DNA from: Veleropilina oligotropha
Taxonomy: Eukaryota
Length of the DNA: 64,000 nucleotides
Direction of reading: 5' to 3'
NCBI GenBank assembly: GCA_048128005.1
Contig: JBEUKZ010000047.1
Location: 124,001 to 188,000 of the forward strand
In this document: positions 63,901 to 64,000 of the stretch, piece by piece
Layout: every line of letters starts with the position of its first letter
Position numbering within the stretch: position 1 is the first letter of the stretch
Notes under the pieces: generated by a model
What the model saw: the letters and a program-made list of their open reading frames with translations, nothing else
Databases searched by the model: none
Told to the model about the DNA's origin: nothing
Translations under genes and position numbers: made by a program

Positions 63901-64000
63901 GTAGGAATGCCAGGATTCCCTTTTGCTGTGCTTGATGGTACGTCTGGCTTGTGCTCTTAATAGCCTAAAGCTATTAAGATTTTGTAGTGTTGGGTGCTGT
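60920..64000 (-). mobile_element. LINE copy G, continues beyond the window
   Basis: Tail ttgatttgatttgatgtttaacgaccacgccgac; 3' UTR near-identical to C. Confidence 0.96.
61240..64000 (-). CDS. Copy G ORF2 (RT, RNase H, CCHC), open as far as visible
   Basis: 871-aa ORF 61240..63855, and homologous coding sequence continues to the window edge. Confidence 0.9.
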   Translation of the reverse strand, partial: QHPTLQNLNSFRLLRAQARRTIKHSKRESWHSYVTKLNSRSTIKKTWDMIRKISGKHTPNCIKHLKTNKLEATTAKDIANTLADTFSANSSSDNCTPKFCRFKHQKEKTRLNFRSNNTESYNQPFSHKELTASLNKAHDTAVGPDDIHYQLLKHLPGTSLTTLLAIFNTIWETGTFPPSWREATIIPIAKAGKDTSHPNSYRPIALTSCICKTMERMINERLVWYLESNNLLTEYQCGFRCNRSTTDHLVRLETFVREAFLNRQHLVAVFFDLEKAYDTTWKYGIMKDLFDFGLKGHLPNFISKFLEDRNFKVKVGDTLSDIHDQETGVPQGSILSVTLFSIKINSIVKCISTGTDCSLFVDDFGICYRSTNMNSIERQLQHGLNKLQIWSDENGFKFSKDKTKCMHFCQRREIHDDPVLKLDDFEIPVVDQFKFLGLVFDRKLSFIPHLKYIKAKCKKALNLMKVVSNTEWGADKNVLLRLYRSLIRSKLDYGSIVYGSARHSNLKMLDPIHNQGLRLALGAFRTSPMESLYVEANEPSLTLRREKLSLQYAIKLKSNPSNPAFETVFTPNYEHLYQAKPNKIAPFGIRIKPALENAGIHVGQIKTNHIPDTPPWTLKVPVIDLQLTSLKKSNTDTSDYLIKVHDLKLKYSDRASIYTDGSKDAELVGAAAVTGRQCFQNRLPGSATIYTAELKAIELALNFISTSTKRRFIIYSDSLSSLQALREMNRNVIVQEILLNYNNLLPDNDIVLCWIPSHIGIQGNEKADQAAKAASHFNNILNCKLPHSDFKQSINKYINSTWQHSWSECTRNKLQNVQPLLGEWGPSCRPSRREEVVLARLRIGHSHYTHSYLLKGEPPPECIPCATTLTIKHILLDCVDLDLARQRYFRANSLQELFNLNKLEAVFEFLKQVNIFHKL

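Noticed and set aside
12332..64000. HeT-A/TART-like telomeric retrotransposon array
   Set aside because: Copies A and E have ordinary TSDs in internal DNA, and several fusions are 3'-truncated, which is the opposite of end erosion.

Overview
Eukaryotic (animal; mollusc/lophotrochozoan-like by its repeat families, which is an inference) window made almost entirely of transposable elements, with no recognisable host gene. One I-group (I/Nimb-like) LINE family dominates (CCHC-knuckle ORF1; APE-RT-RNase H-CCHC ORF2; (TCAAA)n tail), with about 13 pieces: about 35 kb on the minus strand and about 4 kb on the plus strand. Many pieces abut other copies of the same family in the same orientation, and the copies are mosaics of shared modules. 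The window also holds a head-to-tail (1.07-unit, 4102-bp period) R2-A-type element with no rDNA flanks and a candidate HDV-like ribozyme at the junction. Other elements are Sola1- and Sola2-like transposases, a Crypton-like recombinase pseudogene, TTAA (Kolobok-type) MITEs, HINE-type satellite carriers, two short foreign LINE 3' fragments, tRNA-derived SINEs and two palindromic tandem arrays. The leading hypotheses are a strand-biased TE trap (piRNA-cluster-like or centromeric), LINE concatemers made by self-insertion or template jumping, and an rDNA-independent tandem R2 processed by its own ribozyme. All analysis is by eye; no searches or folding programs were run.
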